A stretch of 64,000 nt of DNA from positions 11,224,088 to 11,288,087 of the forward strand of contig NC_134031.1 in the NCBI RefSeq assembly GCF_964204645.1, read 5' to 3'. The translations under genes and the position numbers were made by a program. Positions 25,801 through 41,977 of this stretch are shown here, in pieces (position 1 is the stretch's first letter; the number at the start of each line of letters is the position of its first letter). Source of the stretch: Tubulanus polymorphus. Its lineage: Eukaryota; Animalia; Nemertea. The notes below the pieces were generated by a model. The model saw only the letters and a list, made by a program, of their open reading frames with translations. It did not search any database and was not told where the DNA came from.

Positions 25801-28800
25801 GACAATTTTGGGCACTAAAAAGGTCATAGGACGGCCATCTTGAGTCAGATCGACCCAATTTTCTTATGCTGATGGGCCTTTGGTAGATTCAAATATAAAC
25901 GAAAGATCAAGGTAATTGATCAAAGCATCTTCAAAATTTCCCACGAAAACTTCGAAAATGTTTAAAAAGTGCTGATTTTGGCAAACAACAATGGCTGCCA
26001 GTCGGCCATCTTGAATCTGACAGGGCCAGTTTTTGGGCTGACGATGTGTCTAGGGTAGATACATGTATAAACCAAATATCAAGACATTACCTTGAAGCGT
26101 CTTCAAAACTTTAATATGGAAATACTAAGTTATTCTACTATTCAACGCCCCCTGGTGACCATATGCAAAACCCAATGACCTTAAAACTCACCACAATCGT
26201 AGTACATGTCATGAAATACAACTTTGCAATTGATCATAGTAACAAAATATGCCTAGGTACCAATCTAATAAGGAAATACTAAGCAATTCTACTATTCAGC
26301 GCCCCCTGGTGACTATATGGAATAACTAATGTCCTCAAAAACTCACCACAATCATAGACGATGTCATGAACTACAACTTTGCAATGGATCATGGTAACAA
26401 ACTATGCCTAGGTACCAATCTAATAAGGAAAAACTAAGCTTTTCTACTATTCAACGCCCCCTGGTGACTATATGGAATAACTAATGTCCTTAAAAACTCA
26501 CCACAATCATAGACGATGTCATGAACTACAACTTTGCCATTGATCATGGTAACAAAATATGCCTTGGTACAAATATAATATAGCGATACTAAGTTATTGT
26601 ATTATTCAACGCGCCCTGATGGCCACATACAAAAACCAATGACCTTGAAACTCACCAAAATCATAGAACACGTTATGGGCTACAACTTTCCAATTGAATA
26701 TAGTAACACAATATGCTTAGGTATCAATTAATTGTGGAAAAACTTTTTCCCACCTACGAATGAGTACTGATGACACCAAGATGGCCGCCAATTGCGTCAT
26801 AATTGGCTGATCAAAAATACCTGTCCCAGGTATAAAACATCCCTCTCTAAAGAATATCCATCAGCAATTGCAATGAGAAATGGCAAACCAGTAGGAAGCT
26901 ACAGGACCTATAATTCTGGCCAAAATTGACATTTTTGGGCACTAAAAAGGTCATAGGACGGCCATCTTGAGTCAGATCGACCCAATTTTATTATGCTGAT
27001 GGGCCTATGGTAGATTCAAATGTAAACGAAAGATCAAGGTAATTGATCAAAGCGTCTTCAAAATTTCCCACGAAAACTTCGAAAGTGTTTAAAAAGTGCT
27101 GATTTTGGCAAACAACAATGGCTGCCAGTCGGCCATCTTGAATCTGACAGGGCCAGTTTTTGGGCTGACGATGTGTCTAGGGTAGATACATGTATAAACC
27201 AAATATCAAGACATTACCTTGAAGCGTCTTCAAAACTTCCCAAAATAACTGGATTCCGTCTATGGACGGACGGACGGACGAAAAGTGAACACAATAGCCC
27301 GCTGGGACTAAAGTCCTAAGTGGACTGAAAAAGAATTGTCACGTGCGACAAAACCAAACTAATGAATTGTCGCGGATGATAAAACCAAAATAATGAATTG
27401 TCGCGGGCGACAAAACCAAACTAATGAATTGTCGCGGGCGATAAAACCAAACTAATGAATTGTCGCGGGCGATAAAACAAAAATATTGAATTGTCGCAGG
27501 CGATAAAACCAAAATAATGAATTGTCTCGGGCGATAAAACCAAAATAATGAATTGTCGCGGGCGACAAAACCAAAATAATTAATTGTCGCGGGCGACAAA
27601 ACCAAAATATTGAATTGTCGCGGGCGACAAAACCAAAATATTGAATTGTCGCAGGCGACAAAACCAAAATAATGAATTGTCGCGAGCGATAAAACCAAAA
27701 TAATGAATTGTCTTGTCGTGGGCGATAAAACCAAAATAATGAATTGTCGCGGGCGACAAAATCAAAATCATTGTTTTCTCGCGTTATTTTAGTTTTGTCG
27801 TTTTGTCGTAATGTCGCCCTCATTTGCATATTCGTGTTTTTTAATCTTATCAGCCACCATACTAATGCTTTAAGGTCGCGTAAAACTCGATAAACACTTC
27901 AAGCGACACAGCGAACGATCTCCTTTCCCCCACAGCGAACGCTTACTCCGAATGTCAAGTGTGAGTCCAGCATACGGATAGGAGTGTGTTATATACTTGT
28001 ATTTAGTAAATACCTTGTGGATTTGACAATGATCGGTATGTACTGTAGGAAATATAGAGTATTGATGGTATTGATATAGAGGCCCGCGGCCGAATAAAGT
28101 AATATATTCTTTTATTTTGATACCTCGTCGACATAACAGCTTTTCTCCGCTATATCTCTTCGGCGTGTTTAGTTTAGGCCCACGACTCCCCGGTACACTT
28201 ATGATTTATCTTAGTAAAAACACGATAAATTTGGTAAAGAAAAATAGGTATTGCTAAATTAACTGCTTGACGTCCGCAGCCAAATCACTGGTAGTAATAA
28301 ATTAATTTGTACTCGATTTGATTCTCAGAATGAGGAGAAACTCGCAGCTGATTCCCGGAACGACGATGTAGTGACACACGTCGATTTGTCGATGTTTACG
28401 GCTCGACAGTGCTTTTAAAATCTAAAGTAGTAAATTTCCTGTGTATTGGTATTATAATTTGATGAGGAAAATGGGTTATTGTTAAAATTAGTTTTTAAAA
28501 ACCGCGACAGAATGTGCAATCTTTGGGTAATAAATTTGTTCATTTATGCTTGAATTGATAATCGACGTGACAAGAAACGTGCGGTAGATTTCGTAAAGAC
28601 GACTTAGAAAAACATGTCGGCTCTTTGAATGGGGCTCAATTTTCGATGTTTACGGCCCGACAGTGCTTTTGTAACGTTGATTCTTCAAAATTTGCACGGA
28701 GTATTTGTAGATCGAAGTGAGCTGAATAATATCAAACGGATTGTATCGGCAACAGCGGTAATGTAAACAAGCCTTTGTACTTTTGACAAAAAATGTGTGG

Positions 28801-31800
28801 AAAAAAATAATAATAATAATAATAATAATAATAAGAAACACGCGAATCTCAATAGGGTTTTCTGTGATGTAACAGAAAACCCTAAATATAGCTGCAAAGC
28901 AGCGATAACGGGTTTTCTGCACAGTCTTTGAATCCTGTTCAATGGTTAATAAAGTTTTATAAGAGGAAGCTCGACAAACAGTCAATTAGACCTTCTTGAA
29001 ACCATGGACAACTGAACCAGATGTCCTATTTGACTCTGGAAAATCGACTGTTAGGCGATAATTACTCTTTATGATTTCGACAAAGCATTTAATAAGGTAC
29101 AACATCAGCCATTACTAAACAAGGCTATTAGGAAACAGTATCAATGATAGGTTGCCGAAATGGCTCAGCATTATCTCTGAACGAAAACTTGTAGCCGAAA
29201 TCAACAGAACGCTTCATCTTGGATTAAGTCGGTCTAACTAGTCGAGTCAAGCAAGGTAGTATCCTAAGTCGTCTTCTGTTTAATGTCCTGACAAATGACA
29301 TACACAGTAATCCAAAATATACCAGACCGAGTAAATTTCCAAAACGACCTTAACACGCTGTTCGACCAAAAAACTTAATGATCCGACAAGAAAATCTTGT
29401 ACGCTTTTTGTTTGAACCAAAACTTTTCTTCATTCTTAAAGCTATGTTATTGTTGAAATGAAAAACTTTTTGTCCCGGCAAAAAAATTTGGTTGAGCATA
29501 AACAATTTTTTCGAACGAATGTTTGAATGAAAACAATTCTGTTCAAAATACTTAATACTTTTGGTTCGGAGAAAAAACTTTTTACAATATACTTGTTCGA
29601 ACGAAAAACTTTATGTTCTGAAAAGAAAATTCTGATCAAATTCAAACGATTCTGTTCAATCGAACAATTGTTCGAACAAAAAACCTTTCGTTTGGACAAA
29701 AAAAGTTTGTTCAACTTTGTTCTTACGTTTTTTTCGAATTGGTTCAATCGAACAGAATATCATTGGTTGGTACGAAACAAATTTTGTTCCGACAAAAGAA
29801 TTTTCAAGCGAAAGGTCTTTTGAACGAAAAAAAAAGATATTTCTGGGGCTCCGCAGTAACTTAAAGCCGGACGTAGGTCAGCCTTGTGACGCGTTGCGAT
29901 CCTCGCGTTGCATCGCAAGTTTCGGTGCAAGTCGGTTGCGATACGATTGTCAGCGACTGTATGCGACTAGTTTCTGCCAGTCGCAAGAGCGGGTCGGGTG
30001 GTTGTGACAGTCGTGTCGCGTCGCAGAAAGTAGAACACGTGCGACTCCTTGTGACTGGCGTTGCTGAAAGTCGCAACCCGTCGCAAGGGAGCGTAGGTCG
30101 ATGAGTTGTGGCGACACAATCGGCGCTGGCGGTCGCAGTGATAGGCGTCGCAGTGAATCACAAGCTGTCGCAAGGCCGACCTACGCCCTGCAATAAATCA
30201 TAAGAAATTAATGATGTACCAGTTTCATTTATAATGAAAAAACTCAAATGAAAAGTCTGGCTTATAAAGCTGTCTGCTCAGACGAAATTTTCAAAAAAAT
30301 CATCATTTTTGGCAATAAAATTGATAATTGTGATTGATCGTTGCAAGTCACAACCAGTTAATCACTAATTAACATGCATTTTAATAAATCTTGATTCCTC
30401 CTTTACAGTGAACTTAGCTTTAAACTAGTAGAGGCTACAAGCCTATGTAGGCCTATGTATATGCGTAGGTCTAAAATCTGGACAGATTGGTCGTAGGCCT
30501 ATTGAATAACAACCCACCTAAATATCGTAAATTTTGTTTTGAAGTTCAATCCAATAAGTCCGTTAATAAACGCAACAATTATACTGTGTTTGTTTAGTAA
30601 AGCTCAGTACCGGTAGGCCTAAAGCCGCGTAAAACTCGATAAACACTTCAAGCGACACAGCGAACGATCTCCTTTCCCCCACAGCGAATGCTTACTCCGA
30701 ATGTCAAGTGTGAGTCCAGCATACGGAAAGGAGTGTGTTATGTACTTGTATTTAGTAAATACCTTGTGCATTTGACAATGATCGGTATGTACTGTAGGAA
30801 ATATAGAGTATTGATGGTATTGATATAGAGGTTGAAGCCTGCGGCCGAATAAAGTAATACATTTTTTTATTTTGATACCTCGTCGACATAACAGCTTTTC
30901 TCCGCTATATCTCTTTGGCGTGTTTAGTTTAGGCCTACGATTCCCCGGTACACTAAAGATTTATCTTAGTAAATACACGGTTAATTCGGTAAAGAAAAAT
31001 AGGTATTGTTAAACTAACTCCTTGAAACCCGCAGCTAAATCACTGGTAGTAATAAATTAATTTGTACTCGATTTGATTCTCATGATGAGGAGAAACTCGC
31101 AGCTGATCCCCGGAACGTCGATGTAGTAACACACGTCGATTCGTCGATGTTTACGGCTCGACAGTGCTTTTAAAATCTAAAGTAGTAAATTTCCAGTGTA
31201 TCGGTAATATGATTTGATGAGGAAAATGGGCTATTGTTAAAATCACTGTTTGAAGACCGCGACTGAATGTGAAGTCTGCGGCAATAAATTAGTTCATTTA
31301 TACTTGAATTGATAATCGAAGTGACAGTCGGCCTGCGGGTTGATTTCGGGATGACGACTCGAAAAACATGTCGCCCCATTGAATGGGGCTAAATTTTCGA
31401 TGTTTACGGCCCGACAGCGCTTTTGTAACGATGATTCGTGAAAAAACACGCGGGCTATTTGTAGATCTCAGTGAGCTGAACGATATTATATGGATTGTAT
31501 ATGAAACAGCGATAAGGTAACAAAGCCTATGTTCTTTTGGTAAAATAGTGTGGAAGAAAATAATAATAAATATAGCTGCAAAGCAGGGATAACGGGTTTT
31601 CTGTACAGTCTTAGAATCCTGTTCAACGGTGGATTTCAACAAAGCATTTGATAAGGCTCAACATCAGCCATTACTGAACAGGCTATTAGGAAACAGTATC
31701 AATGATAGGTCGCCCAAATGGCACAGCAGTTATCTCTGAACGGAAACTTGTAACCGAAATCAACGGAACGCCTCATCTTGGAGTGAGACGGTCTAACTAG

Positions 31801-34800
31801 TGGAGTCACGCAAGGTAGTATCCTAAGTCGTCTTCTGTTTAATGTCCTGACAAATGACATACACAGTAATCCAAAATATACCAAACCGAGTAAATTTCCA
31901 AAACAACCTTAACACACTGTTCGACCAAAAACTTAATGTTCCGACAAAACCACGGGCGACAAAACCAAAATTATGAATTGTCGCGGGTGACAAAACCAAA
32001 ATATTGAATTGTCACGGGCGACAAAACCAAAATAATGAATTGTCGCGGGCGATAAAACCAAAATAATGAATTGTCGCGGGCGATAAAACCACAATAATGA
32101 ATTGTCGCGGGCGTTAAAACCAAAATATTGAATTGTTGCGGTCGATGAAACCAAAATAATGAATTGTCGCGGACGACAAAAACAAACTATTGAATTGTAG
32201 CGTGCGACAAAACCAGAATAATGAATTGTCGCGGGCGACAAAACCAAACTAGGGGTCCAGGGACACCATGCTCACTTGGGCAGTGGTTTCAAATGCTCAA
32301 CAATCTAACAATTTCAATACATAACGCCCTCTAGTGACCATATACAAAAACCAATGACCTTGAAACCCACCACAATCATAGAACATGTGAGCAGCTATGA
32401 TTTTGTAATTGATTGTGATAACAAAATATGCCTCGTTACCAATTTAATATGGAAATACTAAGTTATTCTACTATTCAAAGCCCCCTGGTGACCATATGCA
32501 AAACCCAATGACCTTAAAACTCACCACAATCGTAGTACATGTCATGAAATACAACTTTGCAATTGATCATAGTAACAAAATATGCCTAGGTACCAATCTA
32601 ATAAGGATATACTAAGCAATTCTACTATTCAGCGCCCTCTGGTGACTATATGGAATAACTAATGTCCTTAAAAACTCACCACAATCATAGACGATGTCAT
32701 GAACTACAACTTTGCAATGGATCATGGTAACAAACTATGCCTAGGTACCAATCTAATAAGGAAAAACTAAGCTTTTCTACTATTCAACGCCCCCTGGTGA
32801 CTATATGGAATAACTAATGTCCTTAAAAACTCACCACAATCATAGACGATGTCATGAACTACAACTTTGCCATTGATCATGGTAACAAAATATGGCTTGG
32901 TACAAATATAATATAGCGATACTAAGTTATTGTATTATTCAACGCCCCCTGATGGCCACATACAAAAACCAATGACCTTGAAACTCACCAAAATCATAGA
33001 ACACGTTATGGGCTACAACTTTAAATATAGTAACACAATATGCTTAGGTATCAATTAATTGTGGAAAAACTTTTTCCCACCTATGAATGAGTACTGATGA
33101 CACCAAGATGGCCGCCAATTGCGTCATAATTGGCTGATCAAAAATACCTGTCCCAGGTATAAAACATCCCTCTCTAAAGAATATCCATCAGCAATTGCAA
33201 TGACAAATGGCAAACCAGTAGGAAGCTACAGGACCTAGAATTCTGGCCAAAATTGACAATTTTGGGCACTAAAAAGGTCATAGGACGGCCATCTTGAGTC
33301 AGATCGACCCAATTTTCTTATGCTGATGGGCCTTTGGTAGATTCAAATATAAACGAAAGATCAAGGTAATTGATCAAAGCATCTTCAAAATTTCCCACGA
33401 AAACTTCGAAAATGTTTAAAAAGTGCTGATTTTGGCAAACAACAATGGCTGCCAGTCGGCCATCTTGAATCTGACAGGGCCAGTTTTTGGGCTGACGATG
33501 TGTCTAGGGTAGATACATGTATAAACCAAATATCAAGACATTACCTTGAAGCGTCTTCAAAACTTTAATATGGAAATACTAAGTTATTCTACTATTCAAC
33601 GCCCCCTGGTGACCATATGCAAAACCCAATGACCTTAAAACTCACCACAATCGTAGTACATGTCATGAAATACAACTTTGCAATTGATCATAGTAACAAA
33701 ATATGCCTAGGTACCAATCTAATAAGGAAATACTAAGCAATTCTACTATTCAGCGCCCCCTGGTGACTATATGGAATAACTAATGTCCTCAAAAACTCAC
33801 CACAATCATAGACGATGTCATGAACTACAACTTTGCAATGGATCATGGTAACAAACTATGCCTAGGTACCAATCTAATAAGGAAAAACTAAGCTTTTCTA
33901 CTATTCAACGCCCCCTGGTGACTATATGGAATAACTAATGTCCTTAAAAACTCACCACAATCATAGACGATGTCATGAACTACAACTTTGCCATTGATCA
34001 TGGTAACAAAATATGCCTTGGTACAAATATAATATAGCGATACTAAGTTATTGTATTATTCAACGCGCCCTGATGGCCACATACAAAAACCAATGACCTT
34101 GAAACTCACCAAAATCATAGAACACGTTATGGGCTACAACTTTCCAATTGAATATAGTAACACAATATGCTTAGGTATCAATTAATTGTGGAAAAACTTT
34201 TTCCCACCTACGAATGAGTACTGATGACACCAAGATGGCCGCCAATTGCGTCATAATTGGCTGATCAAAAATACCTGTCCCAGGTATAAAACATCCCTCT
34301 CTAAAGAATATCCATCAGCAATTGCAATGAGAAATGGCAAACCAGTAGGAAGCTACAGGACCTATAATTCTGGCCAAAATTGACATTTTTGGGCACTAAA
34401 AAGGTCATAGGACGGCCATCTTGAGTCAGATCGACCCAATTTTATTATGCTGATGGGCCTATGGTAGATTCAAATGTAAACGAAAGATCAAGGTAATTGA
34501 TCAAAGCGTCTTCAAAATTTCCCACGAAAACTTCGAAAGTGTTTAAAAAGTGCTGATTTTGGCAAACAACAATGGCTGCCAGTCGGCCATCTTGAATCTG
34601 ACAGGGCCAGTTTTTGGGCTGACGATGTGTCTAGGGTAGATACATGTATAAACCAAATATCAAGACATTACCTTGAAGCGTCTTCAAAACTTCCCAAAAT
34701 AACTGGATTCCGTCTATGGACGGACGGACGGACGAAAAGTGAACACAATAGCCCGCTGGGACTAAAGTCCTAAGTGGACTGAAAAAGAATTGTCACGTGC

Positions 34801-37800
34801 GACAAAACCAAACTAATGAATTGTCGCGGATGATAAAACCAAAATAATGAATTGTCGCGGGCGACAAAACCAAACTAATGAATTGTCGCGGGCGATAAAA
34901 CCAAACTAATGAATTGTCGCGGGCGATAAAACAAAAATATTGAATTGTCGCAGGCGATAAAACCAAAATAATGAATTGTCTCGGGCGATAAAACCAAAAT
35001 AATGAATTGTCGCGGGCGACAAAACCAAAATAATTAATTGTCGCGGGCGACAAAACCAAAATATTGAATTGTCGCGGGCGACAAAACCAAAATATTGAAT
35101 TGTCGCAGGCGACAAAACCAAAATAATGAATTGTCGCGAGCGATAAAACCAAAATAATGAATTGTCTTGTCGTGGGCGATAAAACCAAAATAATGAATTG
35201 TCGCGGGCGACAAAATCAAAATCATTGTTTTCTCGCGTTATTTTAGTTTTGTCGTTTTGTCGTAATGTCGCCCTCATTTGCATATTCGTGTTTTTTAATC
35301 TTATCAGCCACCATACTAATGCTTTAAGGTCGCGTAAAACTCGATAAACACTTCAAGCGACACAGCGAACGATCTCCTTTCCCCCACAGCGAACGCTTAC
35401 TCCGAATGTCAAGTGTGAGTCCAGCATACGGATAGGAGTGTGTTATATACTTGTATTTAGTAAATACCTTGTGGATTTGACAATGATCGGTATGTACTGT
35501 AGGAAATATAGAGTATTGATGGTATTGATATAGAGGCCCGCGGCCGAATAAAGTAATATATTCTTTTATTTTGATACCTCGTCGACATAACAGCTTTTCT
35601 CCGCTATATCTCTTCGGCGTGTTTAGTTTAGGCCCACGACTCCCCGGTACACTTATGATTTATCTTAGTAAAAACACGATAAATTTGGTAAAGAAAAATA
35701 GGTATTGCTAAATTAACTGCTTGACGTCCGCAGCCAAATCACTGGTAGTAATAAATTAATTTGTACTCGATTTGATTCTCAGAATGAGGAGAAACTCGCA
35801 GCTGATTCCCGGAACGACGATGTAGTGACACACGTCGATTTGTCGATGTTTACGGCTCGACAGTGCTTTTAAAATCTAAAGTAGTAAATTTCCTGTGTAT
35901 TGGTATTATAATTTGATGAGGAAAATGGGTTATTGTTAAAATTAGTTTTTAAAAACCGCGACAGAATGTGCAATCTTTGGGTAATAAATTTGTTCATTTA
36001 TGCTTGAATTGATAATCGACGTGACAAGAAACGTGCGGTAGATTTCGTAAAGACGACTTAGAAAAACATGTCGGCTCTTTGAATGGGGCTCAATTTTCGA
36101 TGTTTACGGCCCGACAGTGCTTTTGTAACGTTGATTCTTCAAAATTTGCACGGAGTATTTGTAGATCGAAGTGAGCTGAATAATATCAAACGGATTGTAT
36201 CGGCAACAGCGGTAATGTAAACAAGCCTTTGTACTTTTGACAAAAAATGTGTGGAAAAAAATAATAATAATAATAATAATAATAATAAGAAACACGCGAA
36301 TCTCAATAGGGTTTTCTGTGATGTAACAGAAAACCCTAAATATAGCTGCAAAGCAGCGATAACGGGTTTTCTGCACAGTCTTTGAATCCTGTTCAATGGT
36401 TAATAAAGTTTTATAAGAGGAAGCTCGACAAACAGTCAATTAGACCTTCTTGAAACCATGGACAACTGAACCAGATGTCCTATTTGACTCTGGAAAATCG
36501 ACTGTTAGGCGATAATTACTCTTTATGATTTCGACAAAGCATTTAATAAGGTACAACATCAGCCATTACTAAACAAGGCTATTAGGAAACAGTATCAATG
36601 ATAGGTTGCCGAAATGGCTCAGCATTATCTCTGAACGAAAACTTGTAGCCGAAATCAACAGAACGCTTCATCTTGGATTAAGTCGGTCTAACTAGTCGAG
36701 TCAAGCAAGGTAGTATCCTAAGTCGTCTTCTGTTTAATGTCCTGACAAATGACATACACAGTAATCCAAAATATACCAGACCGAGTAAATTTCCAAAACG
36801 ACCTTAACACGCTGTTCGACCAAAAAACTTAATGATCCGACAAGAAAATCTTGTACGCTTTTTGTTTGAACCAAAACTTTTCTTCATTCTTAAAGCTATG
36901 TTATTGTTGAAATGAAAAACTTTTTGTCCCGGCAAAAAAATTTGGTTGAGCATAAACAATTTTTTCGAACGAATGTTTGAATGAAAACAATTCTGTTCAA
37001 AATACTTAATACTTTTGGTTCGGAGAAAAAACTTTTTACAATATACTTGTTCGAACGAAAAACTTTATGTTCTGAAAAGAAAATTCTGATCAAATTCAAA
37101 CGATTCTGTTCAATCGAACAATTGTTCGAACAAAAAACCTTTCGTTTGGACAAAAAAAGTTTGTTCAACTTTGTTCTTACGTTTTTTTCGAATTGGTTCA
37201 ATCGAACAGAATATCATTGGTTGGTACGAAACAAATTTTGTTCCGACAAAAGAATTTTCAAGCGAAAGGTCTTTTGAACGAAAAAAAAAGATATTTCTGG
37301 GGCTCCGCAGTAACTTAAAGCCGGACGTAGGTCAGCCTTGTGACGCGTTGCGATCCTCGCGTTGCATCGCAAGTTTCGGTGCAAGTCGGTTGCGATACGA
37401 TTGTCAGCGACTGTATGCGACTAGTTTCTGCCAGTCGCAAGAGCGGGTCGGGTGGTTGTGACAGTCGTGTCGCGTCGCAGAAAGTAGAACACGTGCGACT
37501 CCTTGTGACTGGCGTTGCTGAAAGTCGCAACCCGTCGCAAGGGAGCGTAGGTCGATGAGTTGTGGCGACACAATCGGCGCTGGCGGTCGCAGTGATAGGC
37601 GTCGCAGTGAATCACAAGCTGTCGCAAGGCCGACCTACGCCCTGCAATAAATCATAAGAAATTAATGATGTACCAGTTTCATTTATAATGAAAAAACTCA
37701 AATGAAAAGTCTGGCTTATAAAGCTGTCTGCTCAGACGAAATTTTCAAAAAAATCATCATTTTTGGCAATAAAATTGATAATTGTGATTGATCGTTGCAA

Positions 37801-40800
37801 GTCACAACCAGTTAATCACTAATTAACATGCATTTTAATAAATCTTGATTCCTCCTTTACAGTGAACTTAGCTTTAAACTAGTAGAGGCTACAAGCCTAT
37901 GTAGGCCTATGTATATGCGTAGGTCTAAAATCTGGACAGATTGGTCGTAGGCCTATTGAATAACAACCCACCTAAATATCGTAAATTTTGTTTTGAAGTT
38001 CAATCCAATAAGTCCGTTAATAAACGCAACAATTATACTGTGTTTGTTTAGTAAAGCTCAGTACCGGTAGGCCTAAAGCCGCGTAAAACTCGATAAACAC
38101 TTCAAGCGACACAGCGAACGATCTCCTTTCCCCCACAGCGAATGCTTACTCCGAATGTCAAGTGTGAGTCCAGCATACGGAAAGGAGTGTGTTATGTACT
38201 TGTATTTAGTAAATACCTTGTGCATTTGACAATGATCGGTATGTACTGTAGGAAATATAGAGTATTGATGGTATTGATATAGAGGTTGAAGCCTGCGGCC
38301 GAATAAAGTAATACATTTTTTTATTTTGATACCTCGTCGACATAACAGCTTTTCTCCGCTATATCTCTTTGGCGTGTTTAGTTTAGGCCTACGATTCCCC
38401 GGTACACTAAAGATTTATCTTAGTAAATACACGGTTAATTCGGTAAAGAAAAATAGGTATTGTTAAACTAACTCCTTGAAACCCGCAGCTAAATCACTGG
38501 TAGTAATAAATTAATTTGTACTCGATTTGATTCTCATGATGAGGAGAAACTCGCAGCTGATCCCCGGAACGTCGATGTAGTAACACACGTCGATTCGTCG
38601 ATGTTTACGGCTCGACAGTGCTTTTAAAATCTAAAGTAGTAAATTTCCAGTGTATCGGTAATATGATTTGATGAGGAAAATGGGCTATTGTTAAAATCAC
38701 TGTTTGAAGACCGCGACTGAATGTGAAGTCTGCGGCAATAAATTAGTTCATTTATACTTGAATTGATAATCGAAGTGACAGTCGGCCTGCGGGTTGATTT
38801 CGGGATGACGACTCGAAAAACATGTCGCCCCATTGAATGGGGCTAAATTTTCGATGTTTACGGCCCGACAGCGCTTTTGTAACGATGATTCGTGAAAAAA
38901 CACGCGGGCTATTTGTAGATCTCAGTGAGCTGAACGATATTATATGGATTGTATATGAAACAGCGATAAGGTAACAAAGCCTATGTTCTTTTGGTAAAAT
39001 AGTGTGGAAGAAAATAATAATAAATATAGCTGCAAAGCAGGGATAACGGGTTTTCTGTACAGTCTTAGAATCCTGTTCAACGGTGGATTTCAACAAAGCA
39101 TTTGATAAGGCTCAACATCAGCCATTACTGAACAGGCTATTAGGAAACAGTATCAATGATAGGTCGCCCAAATGGCACAGCAGTTATCTCTGAACGGAAA
39201 CTTGTAACCGAAATCAACGGAACGCCTCATCTTGGAGTGAGACGGTCTAACTAGTGGAGTCACGCAAGGTAGTATCCTAAGTCGTCTTCTGTTTAATGTC
39301 CTGACAAATGACATACACAGTAATCCAAAATATACCAAACCGAGTAAATTTCCAAAACAACCTTAACACACTGTTCGACCAAAAACTTAATGTTCCGACA
39401 AAACCACGGGCGACAAAACCAAAATTATGAATTGTCGCGGGTGACAAAACCAAAATATTGAATTGTCACGGGCGACAAAACCAAAATAATGAATTGTCGC
39501 GGGCGATAAAACCAAAATAATGAATTGTCGCGGGCGATAAAACCACAATAATGAATTGTCGCGGGCGTTAAAACCAAAATATTGAATTGTTGCGGTCGAT
39601 GAAACCAAAATAATGAATTGTCGCGGACGACAAAAACAAACTATTGAATTGTAGCGTGCGACAAAACCAGAATAATGAATTGTCGCGGGCGACAAAACCA
39701 AACTAGGGGTCCAGGGACACCATGCTCACTTGGGCAGTGGTTTCAAATGCTCAACAATCTAACAATTTCAATACATAACGCCCTCTAGTGACCATATACA
39801 AAAACAAATGACCTTGAAACCCACCACAATCATAGAACATGTGAGCAGCTATGATTTTGTAATTGATTGTGATAACAAAATATGCCTCGTTACCAATTTA
39901 ATATGGAAATACTAAGTTATTCTACTATTCAAAGCCCCCTGGTGACCATATGCAAAACCCAATGACCTTAAAACTCACCACAATCGTAGTACATGTCATG
40001 AAATACAACTTTGCAATTGATCATAGTAACAAAATATGCCTAGGTACCAATCTAATAAGGATATACTAAGCAATTCTACTATTCAGCGCCCTCTGGTGAC
40101 TATATGGAATAACTAATGTCCTTAAAAACTCACCACAATCATAGACGATGTCATGAACTACAACTTTGCAATGGATCATGGTAACAAACTATGCCTAGGT
40201 ACCAATCTAATAAGGAAAAACTAAGCTTTTCTACTATTCAACGCCCCCTGGTGACTATATGGAATAACTAATGTCCTTAAAAACTCACCACAATCATAGA
40301 CGATGTCATGAACTACAACTTTGCCATTGATCATGGTAACAAAATATGGCTTGGTACAAATATAATATAGCGATACTAAGTTATTGTATTATTCAACGCC
40401 CCCTGATGGCCACATACAAAAACCAATGACCTTGAAACTCACCAAAATCATAGAACACGTTATGGGCTACAACTTTAAATATAGTAACACAATATGCTTA
40501 GGTATCAATTAATTGTGGAAAAACTTTTTCCCACCTATGAATGAGTACTGATGACACCAAGATGGCCGCCAATTGCGTCATAATTGGCTGATCAAAAATA
40601 CCTGTCCCAGGTATAAAACATCCCTCTCTAAAGAATATCCATCAGCAATTGCAATGACAAATGGCAAACCAGTAGGAAGCTACAGGACCTAGAATTCTGG
40701 CCAAAATTGACAATTTTGGGCACTAAAAAGGTCATAGGACGGCCATCTTGAGTCAGATCGACCCAATTTTCTTATGCTGATGGGCCTTTGGTAGATTCAA

Positions 40801-41977
40801 ATATAAACGAAAGATCAAGGTAATTGATCAAAGCATCTTCAAAATTTCCCACGAAAACTTCGAAAATGTTTAAAAAGTGCTGATTTTGGCAAACAACAAT
40901 GGCTGCCAGTCGGCCATCTTGAATCTGACAGGGCCAGTTTTTGGGCTGACGATGTGTCTAGGGTAGATACATGTATAAACCAAATATCAAGACATTACCT
41001 TGAAGCGTCTTCAAAACTTTAATATGGAAATACTAAGTTATTCTACTATTCAACGCCCCCTGGTGACCATATGCAAAACCCAATGACCTTAAAACTCACC
41101 ACAATCGTAGTACATGTCATGAAATACAACTTTGCAATTGATCATAGTAACAAAATATGCCTAGGTACCAATCTAATAAGGAAATACTAAGCAATTCTAC
41201 TATTCAGCGCCCCCTGGTGACTATATGGAATAACTAATGTCCTCAAAAACTCACCACAATCATAGACGATGTCATGAACTACAACTTTGCAATGGATCAT
41301 GGTAACAAACTATGCCTAGGTACCAATCTAATAAGGAAAAACTAAGCTTTTCTACTATTCAACGCCCCCTGGTGACTATATGGAATAACTAATGTCCTTA
41401 AAAACTCACCACAATCATAGACGATGTCATGAACTACAACTTTGCCATTGATCATGGTAACAAAATATGCCTTGGTACAAATATAATATAGCGATACTAA
41501 GTTATTGTATTATTCAACGCGCCCTGATGGCCACATACAAAAACCAATGACCTTGAAACTCACCAAAATCATAGAACACGTTATGGGCTACAACTTTCCA
41601 ATTGAATATAGTAACACAATATGCTTAGGTATCAATTAATTGTGGAAAAACTTTTTCCCACCTACGAATGAGTACTGATGACACCAAGATGGCCGCCAAT
41701 TGCGTCATAATTGGCTGATCAAAAATACCTGTCCCAGGTATAAAACATCCCTCTCTAAAGAATATCCATCAGCAATTGCAATGAGAAATGGCAAACCAGT
41801 AGGAAGCTACAGGACCTAGAATTCTGGCCAAAATTGAGATTTTTGGGCACTAAAAAGGTCATAGGACGGCCATCTTGAGTCAGATCGACCCAATTTTCTT
41901 ATGCTGATGGGCCTTTGGTAGATTCAAATATAAACGAAAGATCAAGGTAATTGATGAAAGCATCTTCAAAATTTTCT

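Larger units (their letters stand above)
12690..41815. repeat. Macrosatellite / tandem segmental duplication, unit 7,453-7,454 bp, ~3.9 near-identical copies (looser homology spans ~10.7-43.7 kb)
   Basis: Identical ORF sets recur at +7453, +7454 and +7454 (e.g. 13743, 21196, 28650, 36104). Only scattered single-base differences between units. Confidence 0.97.
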